Under the pieces are notes generated by a model that saw nothing but the letters and a program-made list of their open reading frames with translations, made no database searches and was not told the DNA's origin. This document shows positions 20,300 through 31,166 of a DNA stretch of 64,000 nt, in pieces (within the stretch, counting starts at the first letter, position 1; each line of letters begins with the position of its first letter). A program made the translations under genes and the position numbers. Origin of the DNA: Candidatus Poribacteria bacterium (GTDB lineage Bacteria > Poribacteria > WGA-4E > PCPOR2b); assembly GCA_965116925.1 (NCBI GenBank), contig OZ220744.1, forward strand, positions 1,536,001-1,600,000, read 5' to 3'.

Positions 20300-21391
20300 C
20301 TATTCTCTTAGGCTAGAGATCGGTATCCAGAGTCCACCGGTGCCTTGTACCAGCAACTTTTGAAAGGGTTCATCGCGTCCGATAACGTTGACGCTAATCT
20401 TTTCAGATTTTAGTTTTCTCAATACTCTTTTCGGTGAATATGAACCACTTACATATTCATCTGTGACCAGGATAAATCGGCGCTCCGCGCCTTTGCGAAA
20501 CTTGACTTTGGCTGCTGCTTGGACGAGTGCATCGAGTGCTTTTTCCCCACCTCGGCAATGTATGGCAGCCAGCTTCTTCTTTATTTCCTTAATTGACGTA
20601 GTTTGGGGTGTTACCTGAAAATCCCAGCCAAGTAAGGAGAAACTGGTCCCATCTCGGAACGCTACCAGTCCAACGGTGAAGTCCAATTCCGCCGACTCAA
20701 GGAGATCGGTCATCTGATTAAGATGATTACGCACTGCGTCAATGTCATTCCGCATACTTTTGCTGGCATCAATAACAAAAACGATATCGAGGGTATCACC
20801 TTTGCGCGTTTTTAGGAGGTGATGACCAATTTTGATGAGTGCCACATCTGGTTGTGTTAAATGGCTAACCTCAGAGAGCGTTGTTTGGTTTTCTAAGCCA
20901 AGTGAAACCCGCGTTTGTGCTCCCTGATTACCGCGGACTAATCCGCTACCAGAAGACCATCTGCCCCTTCCCTGTGTAAGCCCGTGATTTGATTGGCTGA
21001 AGGAGGTATCGTCAACAGGGGTAGCCACCGTCGCCAGTGGAATGGACTCTTCCGTCAACATTGAAAATGATTGTTTGTCCGTAAGATTATGCGCTGTGGA
21101 TGCGGCGATTTGTGGACGAGGTGGGCTAGGTGCCGTACTGCTAGCGATGGTTGGCTGAGATTGAGGTACTGACGCATTGGGATTTGGGAAGATGTGTAGC
21201 GGACGCTGTAATTTTCTGGGCACCGGTGTTCGAGGCTTCGAGATAATTTCAACTTGGACAAATAATTCGTCCTTCGCCGGTTTCGCCTCTCTCTGCACGG
21301 TATTCAATGTTCCCATACAAATGATATGTAGTATTAGTGAAAACAGAAGGGCTCTCGATAGTTTTCGCCTTCCTTGTGTACGCTGTTTCAT
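20300..21391 (-). CDS. Membrane-anchored von Willebrand factor A domain protein
   Basis: N-terminal TM, Pro/Ser-rich linker, MIDAS DASKSM and LVTDE. Confidence 0.85.
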   Translation of the reverse strand: MKQRTQGRRKLSRALLFSLILHIICMGTLNTVQREAKPAKDELFVQVEIISKPRTPVPRKLQRPLHIFPNPNASVPQSQPTIASSTAPSPPRPQIAASTAHNLTDKQSFSMLTEESIPLATVATPVDDTSFSQSNHGLTQGRGRWSSGSGLVRGNQGAQTRVSLGLENQTTLSEVSHLTQPDVALIKIGHHLLKTRKGDTLDIVFVIDASKSMRNDIDAVRNHLNQMTDLLESAELDFTVGLVAFRDGTSFSLLGWDFQVTPQTTSIKEIKKKLAAIHCRGGEKALDALVQAAAKVKFRKGAERRFILVTDEYVSGSYSPKRVLRKLKSEKISVNVIGRDEPFQKLLVQGTGGLWIPISSLRE

Positions 21392-21606
21392 CAGACCACA
21401 TCCTTTTGGGTTCTCAATCCAGCGTTCTCGGTCTCAACTTTACCACACCGCTCACCTCTCCGTCAAGGTGAAAGCAGTGTTCCGTTCGGGGAATTTAGCG
21501 AGATGTCGGGGGAGCCCCCTCCTACAACGTAGCCTAGGCTGAATTTTTAACAATTCAACGCAGAATCTTAGGAGCATGGGAACAATTGAAGGTGTCCTCC
21601 CCTATC

Positions 21607-22752
21607 CTATGGCCCTTCTTCGTTAAAGTGGCGTAGATGTCGGGCAGGAAATTCTTGATAAGGATATTTTGCCAGTGCCGTTTCGTCAAGCGATAATCCT
21701 AACCCGGGTGCAGTTGGAAGCTGAATGTAGCCGTTTTCAACCATAATTGGGGGCATTGAAATCTCATTCCCCTTCTCGGTGAAGTTGACGAAGTACTCGG
21801 TAATGAGGAAGTTAGGCATCACCGCGCAGGCCTGCACCGTCGCTGCCAATCCAACTGTTGTGCTGTTGTAGTTGTGCGGGGACATGATGACAAAATACGG
21901 TTCTGCCATCGCTGCAATCTCTTTGAGCTCTAAAATACCACCACAATTACAGACATCCGGGTTAAGGATATCAGCTGCACTTTTCTCGAACACTTCGCGG
22001 AATTCAGCTTTTGTGTAGAGTTCTTCGCCGGTGACAACCGGTAAGTTAATAGCGCCCCGGACTTCTGCTAGGGCATCCAAATTTCGGGCGGAGACAGGCT
22101 CTTCGTACCAGAACGGTTGAAATTCTTCCATCATTTTTGCCAGACGGATGGCGTGGATCGGCGCGAGCCGGCGATGGATTTCGACTAGCAAGTCAATATC
22201 AGGTCCGACGGCTTCGCGCACCGCGCGGACACACGCAACAGCCTCACGCTCGTCGTCTCGGCTGATGTGCGTCCGCCACGGATTGGGGAGCGGATCGAAC
22301 TTCATCGCAGTGAATCCCTGCTCGACTAGTTGGGCGGCACGTTCAGCACGTTCCTCAATTGTGCTACCTCCCCAACCGTTGGCGTAAACACGGATCTTGT
22401 CCCGACATGCACCTCCCAACAGATTATAGACGGGGGTATTCAGTGCTTTCCCCGCGATGTCCCATAATGCGTGCTCGATTCCACTTATCGCACAATAGAA
22501 TTCCATTGATCCGCGCTTGCCCGCAAAATCGTGATATGCCATGAAGGTAAAGTGCTTAATATTGAAAGGGTCCCGTCCTACAAGGTAACGCGCAAGTTGG
22601 TGCACATGGATCTCAATGGTGCGATCCCGATCTGCTTGGGTGTAGCATTCGCCCCACCCGTGGATGCCCTCATCCGTTTCCACTTTGACGAACAACCAGT
22701 TTTTACCGCCGCCGGGGTGGACGAGGAATGTTTGAACGTTTGTGATTTTCAT
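21607..22752 (-). CDS. Mandelate racemase/galactonate dehydratase-like enolase superfamily enzyme
   Basis: NWLFVKVETDEG..GWGE, ALWDIAGK, KFDP, EEP and TGEE motifs; AAGGAGG RBS. Confidence 0.9.
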   Translation of the reverse strand: MKITNVQTFLVHPGGGKNWLFVKVETDEGIHGWGECYTQADRDRTIEIHVHQLARYLVGRDPFNIKHFTFMAYHDFAGKRGSMEFYCAISGIEHALWDIAGKALNTPVYNLLGGACRDKIRVYANGWGGSTIEERAERAAQLVEQGFTAMKFDPLPNPWRTHISRDDEREAVACVRAVREAVGPDIDLLVEIHRRLAPIHAIRLAKMMEEFQPFWYEEPVSARNLDALAEVRGAINLPVVTGEELYTKAEFREVFEKSAADILNPDVCNCGGILELKEIAAMAEPYFVIMSPHNYNSTTVGLAATVQACAVMPNFLITEYFVNFTEKGNEISMPPIMVENGYIQLPTAPGLGLSLDETALAKYPYQEFPARHLRHFNEEGP

Positions 22753-22794
22753 TTCTATTTCCTCCTTATTCAGCGTTTCGCTCGCTGTTTGCCA

Positions 22795-23098
22795 GGACGT
22801 GTTGACATTTTGAAGCTGCTCATTCGGCAAACGCTCTAATCATCAGGCAAGCTGCCAAATGTAGCGCAAACTGTTAGTTTGCAGACTAAGATCACAATCT
22901 AACAGATCGTGGTACAAAAAAGCATTTTTACGAAACAGTTTTTTGCACAGGAAGCGTCCCGATGAAAAACGGAGTTGGGTTTCACGCTATCTGTCTATAA
23001 CCAGGTGTTGTTGGACGACGGAGCCTCTATTGTAGTTGATAGGAATTGACGGTGAACCGTTCAACCCAACCTACGGACTAGTAAATGTCAACAGAACC
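22795..23098 (+). mobile_element. MITE family A, both ends present
   Basis: Terminal inverted repeats GGACGTGTTGACATTT ... AAATGTCAACAGAACC. Confidence 0.8.
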
Positions 23099-23112
23099 GA
23101 GCTATTTGTTTA

Positions 23113-25491
23113 TCAATCATTGACCCGCACATCATACGGCATCACCAAAAAAGTACGGTGTTCCATGACGGCTTCCGCAAGTGTGGGAAATTTCCAGTTC
23201 GTTAGAGAACGGCTTAACCGTACTGTGTGAAAGGCTTCCAGCCACTGTTCCCATGTTCCCTGCTGCGGCAACCGAATGAGCTGCACCTCTTTTCGTTCTA
23301 ACTCTGCCTTTTTTCGGGCAATTGAGAGCGCGAGATTTAATCCACCAAGTTCGTCGACCAGTCCAATCTCCTTCGCCTGCTTGCCTGTCCAGATTCGCCC
23401 CTTTCCGATTTCATCAACTGCCTCTTTTGTCATACCACGACCGTCCGCTACCTTACCGATAAAGTCCTCATAAATCTCTTTAATCTGTGCCTGAATAATT
23501 TCGCGCTCTTCAGCAGGATAATCGCCGTAGTCCGAGTAAAAATCGGCGTGTTTCCCACGTTTGAGAATTTCTTTGTGCAGTCCAATTTTGTCGTAAAGTC
23601 CCTTGAAGCTATATCTGCCGGAGATGACACCAATCGAGCCGGTGATGGTGCCCGGTTCGGCAACAATAACATCCGCTGGCGCAGCGATGTAGTATCCTCC
23701 GGATCCAGCGACATCGCCCATAGAAACGACCAACGGCTTAACGTCTTTGAGCCGTATCAACTCACGCCAGATTGTGTCAGCAGCGACGACTAATCCTCCG
23801 ACGCTATCAATACGTAACACGACTGCCTTGACTGATGAATCTTTACGCACATTTCGGATGGCACGCGTGATGGTGGTGGATCCCATCGTTTTGGTTCCTG
23901 TGAACGGATCGGTAAAACTGTCACCCGTCATCATCATGCCTTCTGCTTCAATAATCGCTATTTTCGGTAGAGGCACCTCCCAATCATGCTGATATTCAAT
24001 AATGCCCAGATACTGACGTGCTTTGACTAAATGGCAGTCTTTCCCGGTGAGGTCTTTCGCTATACCTTTGAGTTCATCACGATACGCGAGTTGGTCAACG
24101 ATGCTGTGCGCTAATGCCTGTTTTGCCGTGAAAGGTCCCTGATCAATCAGGTGCTTCACGTCGTCTTGGGACCAACTCCGTTTGTCTGCAATTGCTTGCG
24201 TCAACTGATCGTAGAGATCGTCAAGGATTGCGTTTTGTACTTCACGGTGCGCCTCCGACATCTCCTCTCGCGTGAAGATATCCGACGCCGATTTGTACTC
24301 ACCGATATGCTCCAGATCCGCCCGGATACCGAGTTTGTCGAGTACCCCTTTATAGAACGAGATCTCTGAGCGCAACCCAATCAAACGTACCTCCCCGGAC
24401 GGGTGTAGTACCACCCGATCGCAGACCGATGCGATCAGATAGTTCCCTGTCGAACAGTTGGTCATATAGCCGACGACCTTCTTGCCGCTCGCCTTAAAAT
24501 CCAAGATAGCATCGCGCATCTCCTGCAAACGACCAATACCGTAGCGACTGCCACCGATCTTGATTAGTGCACCTGCGACTTCTTTGTCTCGTTTGGCACG
24601 CCTGAGCGTTTTTTCAATCTCGCCCATTTGTACGTCTAAGAAAGCATTGCGGCGGATATGTCGGGTTGTATGAAGTGCCTGAGCAATAGACATATATCCC
24701 ACGCTTCGTTGGTACTCCTGATTTTCATCGAAACGGTTATACATTCCCACCCCAAACTGCCGGAAATTGATTCCAAGACGGATGTCAAAGCTGCTATCGT
24801 CGTTCACGCTGCCACGCAATGTAACCCACCTAAAGGGACGTATCTCTACCCCAAAGTTGAAATCCAATCCCTTGACCTTTTCGACTTTACGGGCATCTAC
24901 TGAAAGGGTTATACGGGACGTACTGGGTCGAATCGCCACCCCGAAGTCGTAGGTTCTGCCCAATTTTTCTCCATGGAAACGAGGGCGGTTCAGATCTCGT
25001 GCAATGATGCCGGCTGATAGGTATCGCCGACGAAACATCAAGCCCAACGACCACGATGTGAGCTTATCGTAGTTTTGATCATCGGAATTAACCCAACTGT
25101 AACCGGTTCCCCAATAAATCGAAGGGCCAATGCCGCTGCCGCTAGAGAGCGTATATCGATTAAAATCAACCCCATCCTCACCTGTGGCAAACTCCATACC
25201 GAATCCCGCATTCGCCGCAGAGATGAACAGGGCGTCATCAACCCCGAAATCGCTTTCGGAAGCGCGCAGATAGTGGAGATTAAATCCTCGTCCTCCGGCA
25301 CCTAGACCGGCGGGATTAAAAAAGGTGGCGAGTGCATCGTCGCTGATGGCAACAGAGTTAGAAGGTAGCGGAGTATTGACTTTAGGCGAATCTGCAGCAG
25401 CAAGCTGGCAGACGGTTAGAATTGAAAGGATGGTGTAGGCAAACAGTTCTGTTTTATTCAAATCTATGTTCCTTGTTTTAGGTATTTCCAT
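23113..25491 (-). CDS. sppA: Signal peptide peptidase SppA (S49) with N-terminal beta-strand-rich domain
   Basis: GEYKSA, LRIDSVGG, SMGDVAGSGGYY, TITGSIGV and GRIWTG motifs. Confidence 0.88.
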   Translation of the reverse strand: MEIPKTRNIDLNKTELFAYTILSILTVCQLAAADSPKVNTPLPSNSVAISDDALATFFNPAGLGAGGRGFNLHYLRASESDFGVDDALFISAANAGFGMEFATGEDGVDFNRYTLSSGSGIGPSIYWGTGYSWVNSDDQNYDKLTSWSLGLMFRRRYLSAGIIARDLNRPRFHGEKLGRTYDFGVAIRPSTSRITLSVDARKVEKVKGLDFNFGVEIRPFRWVTLRGSVNDDSSFDIRLGINFRQFGVGMYNRFDENQEYQRSVGYMSIAQALHTTRHIRRNAFLDVQMGEIEKTLRRAKRDKEVAGALIKIGGSRYGIGRLQEMRDAILDFKASGKKVVGYMTNCSTGNYLIASVCDRVVLHPSGEVRLIGLRSEISFYKGVLDKLGIRADLEHIGEYKSASDIFTREEMSEAHREVQNAILDDLYDQLTQAIADKRSWSQDDVKHLIDQGPFTAKQALAHSIVDQLAYRDELKGIAKDLTGKDCHLVKARQYLGIIEYQHDWEVPLPKIAIIEAEGMMMTGDSFTDPFTGTKTMGSTTITRAIRNVRKDSSVKAVVLRIDSVGGLVVAADTIWRELIRLKDVKPLVVSMGDVAGSGGYYIAAPADVIVAEPGTITGSIGVISGRYSFKGLYDKIGLHKEILKRGKHADFYSDYGDYPAEEREIIQAQIKEIYEDFIGKVADGRGMTKEAVDEIGKGRIWTGKQAKEIGLVDELGGLNLALSIARKKAELERKEVQLIRLPQQGTWEQWLEAFHTVRLSRSLTNWKFPTLAEAVMEHRTFLVMPYDVRVND

Positions 25492-26254
25492 GTGCAAGAA
25501 ATCCGCCATCCACTGTCAAGCAAGTGCCGTTGACGTAATCCCCCATCGGTGAACAGAGAAAAACTGTTGCCTGCGCGATGTCGTTTGGCACGCCGATTCG
25601 ACGGCTCGGAATTGACGCCAATGCTTCGCCGCCAACACCGCCTTGCGCTCGTTCATGTTCTTGCTCCGGGGGCAGCTCGCGGCTATCGATCCAACCCGGT
25701 GCAATCGCATTCGCCGTGATACCGGTCCCTGCCAAGTCGCGTGCAGCACTCATCATTAAGCGAATCACACCCGCCTTTGCAACGCCGTAGGCGGTATCCT
25801 CTTCCCAGACGCGCACGGAATGTATAGATGAAATGCTGACAATTCGCCCACCGGATTTTTGGTTAATCATTTCCTTTGCAGCGCGTTGACTGCACAGGAA
25901 GTATCCCTTCAAACTCACTGCCATCGTCCGATCCCAAACCTCCTCGGTGATCTTCAGAAATGGCATATTCTCTGACCAGTAGGGGTTATTTACCAAAATG
26001 TCAATCCGACCGTGTTCGGCGAGGAATTTGTCGAATAAGGCGTTCACCGAATCGCTGTTACTGATGTCGGCAACTGTGAAGGTGCATTTGCGTCCTGTTT
26101 CGCCAATGAGCCCAATCGTTCGATCTGCGGATTCGTCGTGTTCAATATCGTTGAGTCCAATATCGCAACCGTTTTGCGCTAAAGCGAGTGCGATTCCTCG
26201 CCCAATCCCGCGTCGTGAACCGGTAATGAGTGCTTTTTTACCTTCTAGTAGCAT
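25478..26254 (-). CDS. SDR family oxidoreductase
   Basis: TGSRRGIG, DILVNN and YGVAK motifs. Confidence 0.92.
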   Translation of the reverse strand: MLLEGKKALITGSRRGIGRGIALALAQNGCDIGLNDIEHDESADRTIGLIGETGRKCTFTVADISNSDSVNALFDKFLAEHGRIDILVNNPYWSENMPFLKITEEVWDRTMAVSLKGYFLCSQRAAKEMINQKSGGRIVSISSIHSVRVWEEDTAYGVAKAGVIRLMMSAARDLAGTGITANAIAPGWIDSRELPPEQEHERAQGGVGGEALASIPSRRIGVPNDIAQATVFLCSPMGDYVNGTCLTVDGGFLAHGNT

Positions 26255-26322
26255 ATTGAGTTCTCCTATCAATTTATAGACTTAGGATTTACAAAATCAT
26301 TTATTTTTTGCCTGAATTTATA

Positions 26323-26478
26323 GGATGTGTTGACATTTTGAAGCTGCTGATTCGGCAAACGTTGTAATCATCGGATAACCTGCCATAAGTAGCGCGGACT
26401 GTTAGTTTGCAGGATAAGATCACAATCTAACAGATCGTGGTACAAAAGTTTTGTGTCGAGATGTGAATCTCGACCTAC
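26323..26478 (+). mobile_element. MITE family A copy
   Basis: Same left end and core, ending in a REP hairpin GTCGAGAT..ATCTCGACCTAC. Confidence 0.75.
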
Positions 26479-26497
26479 AATAAGCCAGCAATTTGGG

Positions 26498-27151
26498 TTA
26501 TTGTAGCAAGTGCTGAAGCGATAATGCAGCTGTATTTGATGGTTCTATTTGGAGCGCGCGCTCCATCGTCGATCTCGCAAGATTTGTTTGACCGAGATAG
26601 TAGTAGCAGGCAGCTCTGAGCGCGTAGAGATCAGCGATCGACTGATAGTCATGTCGAAAGAGAGTTCGATGATCTCCCTGTAGTGCGTTGTCGATGGCTC
26701 GGAGCGCGATCTGAAAATCGGAGGTACTTTCACGGCGGAGAAATAGCGTATTGGCTAACCCAATCCACGCATCCGCGCTGGAGGTATCTGAGCGGATGGC
26801 AGCCTCAAATGCCCTTTGTGCCTTCGCAAGAACGTCTGGAGTTGCGACGGGCGCATGTGCGATACTGAGGTGTGCCCAGCCCAAGCCGTTGTGTGCGTCC
26901 GCCCGGGTTACATCTAGTTCAATTACACGCTCAAAATGTAGAAGTGCAGCGGAAAAGTCTCCTTTATCGTAGGCTGCCCAGCCATCCCTTTGTCTCTGTT
27001 CCACAATCGCTGTATCAACTTCGGGATCATCTGAACAACCAAAGAACATCAAACAGAGGATTAAAATTGCAGTAATCCAATGATTCGCTTGAGGTCTGAC
27101 AATACAAAAAAGTGGAACAGATCTATTCATTAGTTCATTCATTGTGATCAT
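26498..27151 (-). CDS. TPR-repeat lipoprotein
   Basis: Lipobox FFGC; TPR-like helices (AHNGLGWA, AWIGLA). Confidence 0.75.
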   Translation of the reverse strand: MITMNELMNRSVPLFCIVRPQANHWITAILILCLMFFGCSDDPEVDTAIVEQRQRDGWAAYDKGDFSAALLHFERVIELDVTRADAHNGLGWAHLSIAHAPVATPDVLAKAQRAFEAAIRSDTSSADAWIGLANTLFLRRESTSDFQIALRAIDNALQGDHRTLFRHDYQSIADLYALRAACYYYLGQTNLARSTMERALQIEPSNTAALSLQHLLQ

Positions 27152-27228
27152 GAATCTTCAATACCTAGCATTCGGGTTAGAATAGCATTCCCCAGATTGA
27201 ATTGTCAACTGCTTTTGCTGCGGCTCTG

Positions 27229-27419
27229 AGAGCAATCGCATCTATTATAGGAATTCGGCTGTTGAGCAATCAGAACACTGGGTAAATCCCTTTTGTAGCG
27301 CAGATGTGCTGCTCTGGGGCACGTACAGATTGGAAATCTGTACCCACGATATGAAATAGGAAATGATTTTCGCAATTCAAAGGTGTAAATTCTACACAAT
27401 ATCTACATGCGATTGCTCT
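27229..27419. mobile_element. MITE-like element G (AGAGCAATCGCAT..ATGCGATTGCTCT)
   Basis: 13-bp perfect TIR; related end near 9000-9028. Confidence 0.6.
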
Positions 27420-27737
27420 ACTCCATAAGGAGTCCGTAGGGAACGCAGATCTGCGTTCCCTACTGAAGTGCGTAACTCCTATTATTTTTAGAATTCACCA
27501 TAAATAGCCCTACTGCGGCTCATCAATAACTTAGCGGAGCTATCAAATTTCAGTGACAAACAGAATGAGCTATGCTATCATTGAACACAACTGTAATTTT
27601 GCGACTATCGTAGGTGAGGGATAGGGCCATTTAATTCTCCCGTAGCTTGATGTCTTGGTTGACGCCACGGCAGAGAGAGCAGATGCCCCACCTACGGATT
27701 CGGGTCATTCCGAAATCAGTCAAAAAAACGAAAACTA

Positions 27738-27841
27738 TAGTAGATCTCAGAATTAATGAAACACTCCAAATCGGCGCAGTTGGAAACAGCGCCTACCGAA
27801 CATGGGGAGCAAAAGTGTCTATTTATTTTTTGAATTCACTA
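27738..27841. mobile_element. MITE family E (TAGTAGAT..GAATTCACTA) with TA duplication, nested in family F
   Basis: Splits AAAAC-TA-AAT; related ends near 8930, 15306, 27490, 35965, 36076 and 50200-50418. Confidence 0.75.
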
Positions 27842-27895
27842 TAAATGCCCCTAGGTGAGGGCTGCTCACTCGACGTATAGAAAGGTAACGGCTTA

Positions 27896-30028
27896 ATGGT
27901 TCGGCGAACAACGGATAACCGTCACATTGGGTTACAACTCCGTTTTATATTGTATTTTACCATCATTGCTTTCCCACTATTTGCACAAACGTCATCCACC
28001 CTTCGCGGTTTTACCCCCAAGAGTTCAATTTTACAAAAAAAATATGAAGAGGCATTTAAGGAGCTGACTTCTCCGGAAACATGTCGGCGGGAATTACGGT
28101 ATTTAACAGAAGAACCTCACCTCGCTGGGACGGAGAATAGTTATAAAATTGCACAATATCTCCATGATAAGTATCAGGAATACGGATTGGACGCGCAGAT
28201 CTACGAATACGAGGTCTATCTACCGTACCCAATCGAAGTTCGTGTCGAGATGATTGCACCGACGCATTATCTCGCAGCAGGAAAAGAGGATAGCTGGGAG
28301 TGGGATAAGGATTCCTACGAAACGAACATTGTAGCAGGCTATAATGCTTATTCGCCAGACGGTGATGTGACTGCGGATTTAGTCTATGTCAATAAAGGTT
28401 TGCCCGACGATTATCGGAAATTAGCAGAGATGGGGATTTCGGTGGAAGGCAAAATCGCTATCGCTAGGTATGGGGGTAGCTATCGAGGAGTCAAGGCAAA
28501 GATCGCAGGGGAACAGGGCGCCGTTGGTTTGATTATCTATTCGGATCCGGCAGACGATGGATACATGAAAGGCGACGTTTACCCACGTGGTCCCTGGCGA
28601 TCTGCCGATGCGATTCAGCGAGGGACAGTAAAGTATATTTTTCAGCATGCCGGCGATCCACTGACGCCGGGCTGGGCATCGACCAGGGGGGCATACCGTA
28701 TCCCAATTACAGAGGCGACGGATCTCCCGCAAATTCCGGTCGCGCCATTGGCGTATCGGGATGCAGAACCGTTGCTTAAGGCATTGGCGGGACCAAACGT
28801 TCCTAGAGGCTGGCAGGGTGGATTGCCTTTCGCATATCACATTGGTCCGGGACTCGCAAAAGTTCACCTGAAAGTTCGCAGTGAACATAAGAATCGTCCA
28901 ATCTACAATGTGATTGCCAAACTGAAGGGGACAGAAAACCCAGATCAGTGGGTGATCCTCGGCAATCATCATGATGCTTGGGTTTACGGTGCTGCAGATC
29001 CGGGTAGCGGTACTGCTAGTCTTCTAGAGGTCGCACGCTGTCTAGGGCAGCTCGCAAAGGAGGGGCATCGCCCCAAACGTACGATTGTCTTTGCAAGTTG
29101 GGATGCGGAGGAGTTCGGCATCGTTGGATCCGCCGAGTGGGCGGAAGATTTGAAAGCTGAACTTCAGGAGAAGGCGATTGCGTACTTGAATGTCGATATG
29201 GCAACAACGGGGACGGAGTTTTATGCGAGTGCTGTGCCCTCACTCAAGCGACTGGTGAAGGAGGTCACACAAACCGTTATGGATCCGCATACTCATCAAA
29301 CAGTTTATGAGGCATGGCGGCAAGATCAAGAGAATCATGTCCCACGGGTTGGAAATCTTGGCAGCGGGTCAGACCACTCCCCCTTTATTGGACATCTTGG
29401 CATACCAGCCATCAGCATGGGATTTTACGGTCCCTACGGTGTCTATCACGCTATGCAGGACACTTTTTACTGGATGGAGCACTTCGGCGATCCGACGTTT
29501 CGGTATCACGTGGCAATGACACAGATTTGGGGGATTATAGCGTTACGTCTTGCGGATGCAGATATTCTGCCATTCGACTACGCAGCGTACGCTGACGAAC
29601 TCCTAAGCCATCTAAAAGCACTACAGAACGAAAATAAACATAGCACTATTACAAAAGATAGACCGGAACGTCTCCGGGCATTACTCAGGGAGTGGGCAAG
29701 AGTTGCGGAAGATCTTCACCGTACCCTTGCCACTCAACTGCACAATGAGGAGTTGGTCGAAACTACAGCAATAAATCGCCGTTTGCAGGACTTAGAGCAA
29801 ATATTAACCTCAGAATCTGGATTGCCATTGCGTCCATGGTTTAAGCATCTGGCTTATGCGCCTGGGCTCAACAGCGGATATGCTGCAACCATTTTTCCGG
29901 GGATTCAGGATGCGCTTGAAATGAACGATGAAGAACAGGCATCAATCGAGGTAGATCGTCTGGCAGATGTGTTTCAACAGATGATTGAGGCACTAAAGCA
30001 GATTGCTGATGTAAGCGATAACTTGTGA
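27896..30028 (+). CDS. M28 peptidase (glutamate carboxypeptidase II-like, PA and TfR-dimer domains)
   Basis: GNHHDAW..GAADPGSG, WDAEEFG, YLNVD and GSGSDH motifs. Confidence 0.92.
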   Translation: MVRRTTDNRHIGLQLRFILYFTIIAFPLFAQTSSTLRGFTPKSSILQKKYEEAFKELTSPETCRRELRYLTEEPHLAGTENSYKIAQYLHDKYQEYGLDAQIYEYEVYLPYPIEVRVEMIAPTHYLAAGKEDSWEWDKDSYETNIVAGYNAYSPDGDVTADLVYVNKGLPDDYRKLAEMGISVEGKIAIARYGGSYRGVKAKIAGEQGAVGLIIYSDPADDGYMKGDVYPRGPWRSADAIQRGTVKYIFQHAGDPLTPGWASTRGAYRIPITEATDLPQIPVAPLAYRDAEPLLKALAGPNVPRGWQGGLPFAYHIGPGLAKVHLKVRSEHKNRPIYNVIAKLKGTENPDQWVILGNHHDAWVYGAADPGSGTASLLEVARCLGQLAKEGHRPKRTIVFASWDAEEFGIVGSAEWAEDLKAELQEKAIAYLNVDMATTGTEFYASAVPSLKRLVKEVTQTVMDPHTHQTVYEAWRQDQENHVPRVGNLGSGSDHSPFIGHLGIPAISMGFYGPYGVYHAMQDTFYWMEHFGDPTFRYHVAMTQIWGIIALRLADADILPFDYAAYADELLSHLKALQNENKHSTITKDRPERLRALLREWARVAEDLHRTLATQLHNEELVETTAINRRLQDLEQILTSESGLPLRPWFKHLAYAPGLNSGYAATIFPGIQDALEMNDEEQASIEVDRLADVFQQMIEALKQIADVSDNL

Positions 30029-30065
30029 TTTTTAAGCAGGGTCTAATCGTGAAAATGCGACCTCC

Positions 30066-30968
30066 TTAATAATCGTTGAGAGCTTCATTGATTGCACGTT
30101 GGGCTATTCCAGCAAGTACAAGGTTGGTAGTCTGATAGTAAGGGAGGGCAATCAACCCGAAAGACAACGCCCAGCCACGACCTCTCGCCCAGGTCGCATC
30201 ATCAACCTGTAGCACCGCACGGAATATTGCCCTGTTTTCGGCAGACAGGAACACCCATGCAGCCATCACGTCACATGCTGGATCGCCCACGCCTAGTCCC
30301 CCGAAATCGATAACGCCAGTAAGCCTACCCTGCTGGACGAGTAGGTTTCCAGCGTGCAGATCTCCATGTACCCAGACGGGTGCGTCGTTCCACGCTGGGG
30401 TTTCAATGGCTGCGTCCCACGCTGCGGTCACCTCGTCAGCATCGATCACATCATGTAGGGCTGCAATTGCATCGCGGGTCTCCTGATCACGTATTGCTAA
30501 CGGTACGCCGCGGTAAAAGTTGTGTTGCCCCGGCGGTGGTCCCCCGGCAGCCTCAATCTGCTGTAATGCGATTATGAATTGAGCCAAGTCGATCGCTGCT
30601 TGGTGTGGATCGGCGATGGGTGCGGTAGTAGCATCCTCACCTTCAAGCCACCGATAGACTGACCAATACCACGGGTAGCCATCGCTCGGTTTCCCTTTCG
30701 CAAGTGGAATCGGAATGTTGAGCGGTAGGAATGGGGCAAGTCTAGGGAGCCATTTCTGCTCCTTACTCACTTGCCCAACAGCGGAGGGGATGCGGGGGAG
30801 TCGCACGACCATGTCATCGCCAAGCCGATAGAGGGCGTTGCCTGTGCCGGCGGAATGGACCGGCTCAATGGGCAGATTTGCCCACTGCGGAAATTGTGTG
30901 ATGAGCAACCGAATGACAAGCGATACGTCGGTATCCACCTCGTCGATGTGCATCTTGCTAGTAGACAT
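30066..30968 (-). CDS. Aminoglycoside phosphotransferase (APH)/choline kinase family protein
   Basis: VVRLPR, HGDLHAGNLL and GVIDFG motifs. Confidence 0.88.
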   Translation of the reverse strand: MSTSKMHIDEVDTDVSLVIRLLITQFPQWANLPIEPVHSAGTGNALYRLGDDMVVRLPRIPSAVGQVSKEQKWLPRLAPFLPLNIPIPLAKGKPSDGYPWYWSVYRWLEGEDATTAPIADPHQAAIDLAQFIIALQQIEAAGGPPPGQHNFYRGVPLAIRDQETRDAIAALHDVIDADEVTAAWDAAIETPAWNDAPVWVHGDLHAGNLLVQQGRLTGVIDFGGLGVGDPACDVMAAWVFLSAENRAIFRAVLQVDDATWARGRGWALSFGLIALPYYQTTNLVLAGIAQRAINEALNDY

Positions 30969-31166
30969 GTGTATTTCACATAATCGTGTAAGCTGACGAA
31001 AAAAGAAAGTGCAAAGCGCGAACAACGTGATGCGTGAAAACCCTCCGTTCATTGATGCAGTCAGCAAGGAACACCGATTCTCCGGTCCATGACCGAGAGT
31101 TTGAAGGAGATTTCCTACAATTGATGTTGTACGATTTCTTAACATGCGCCATAGTGTAATTGCTTC

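Noticed and set aside
30066..30968. Bona fide aminoglycoside resistance gene
   Set aside because: Only generic APH/kinase motifs; the substrate cannot be inferred.
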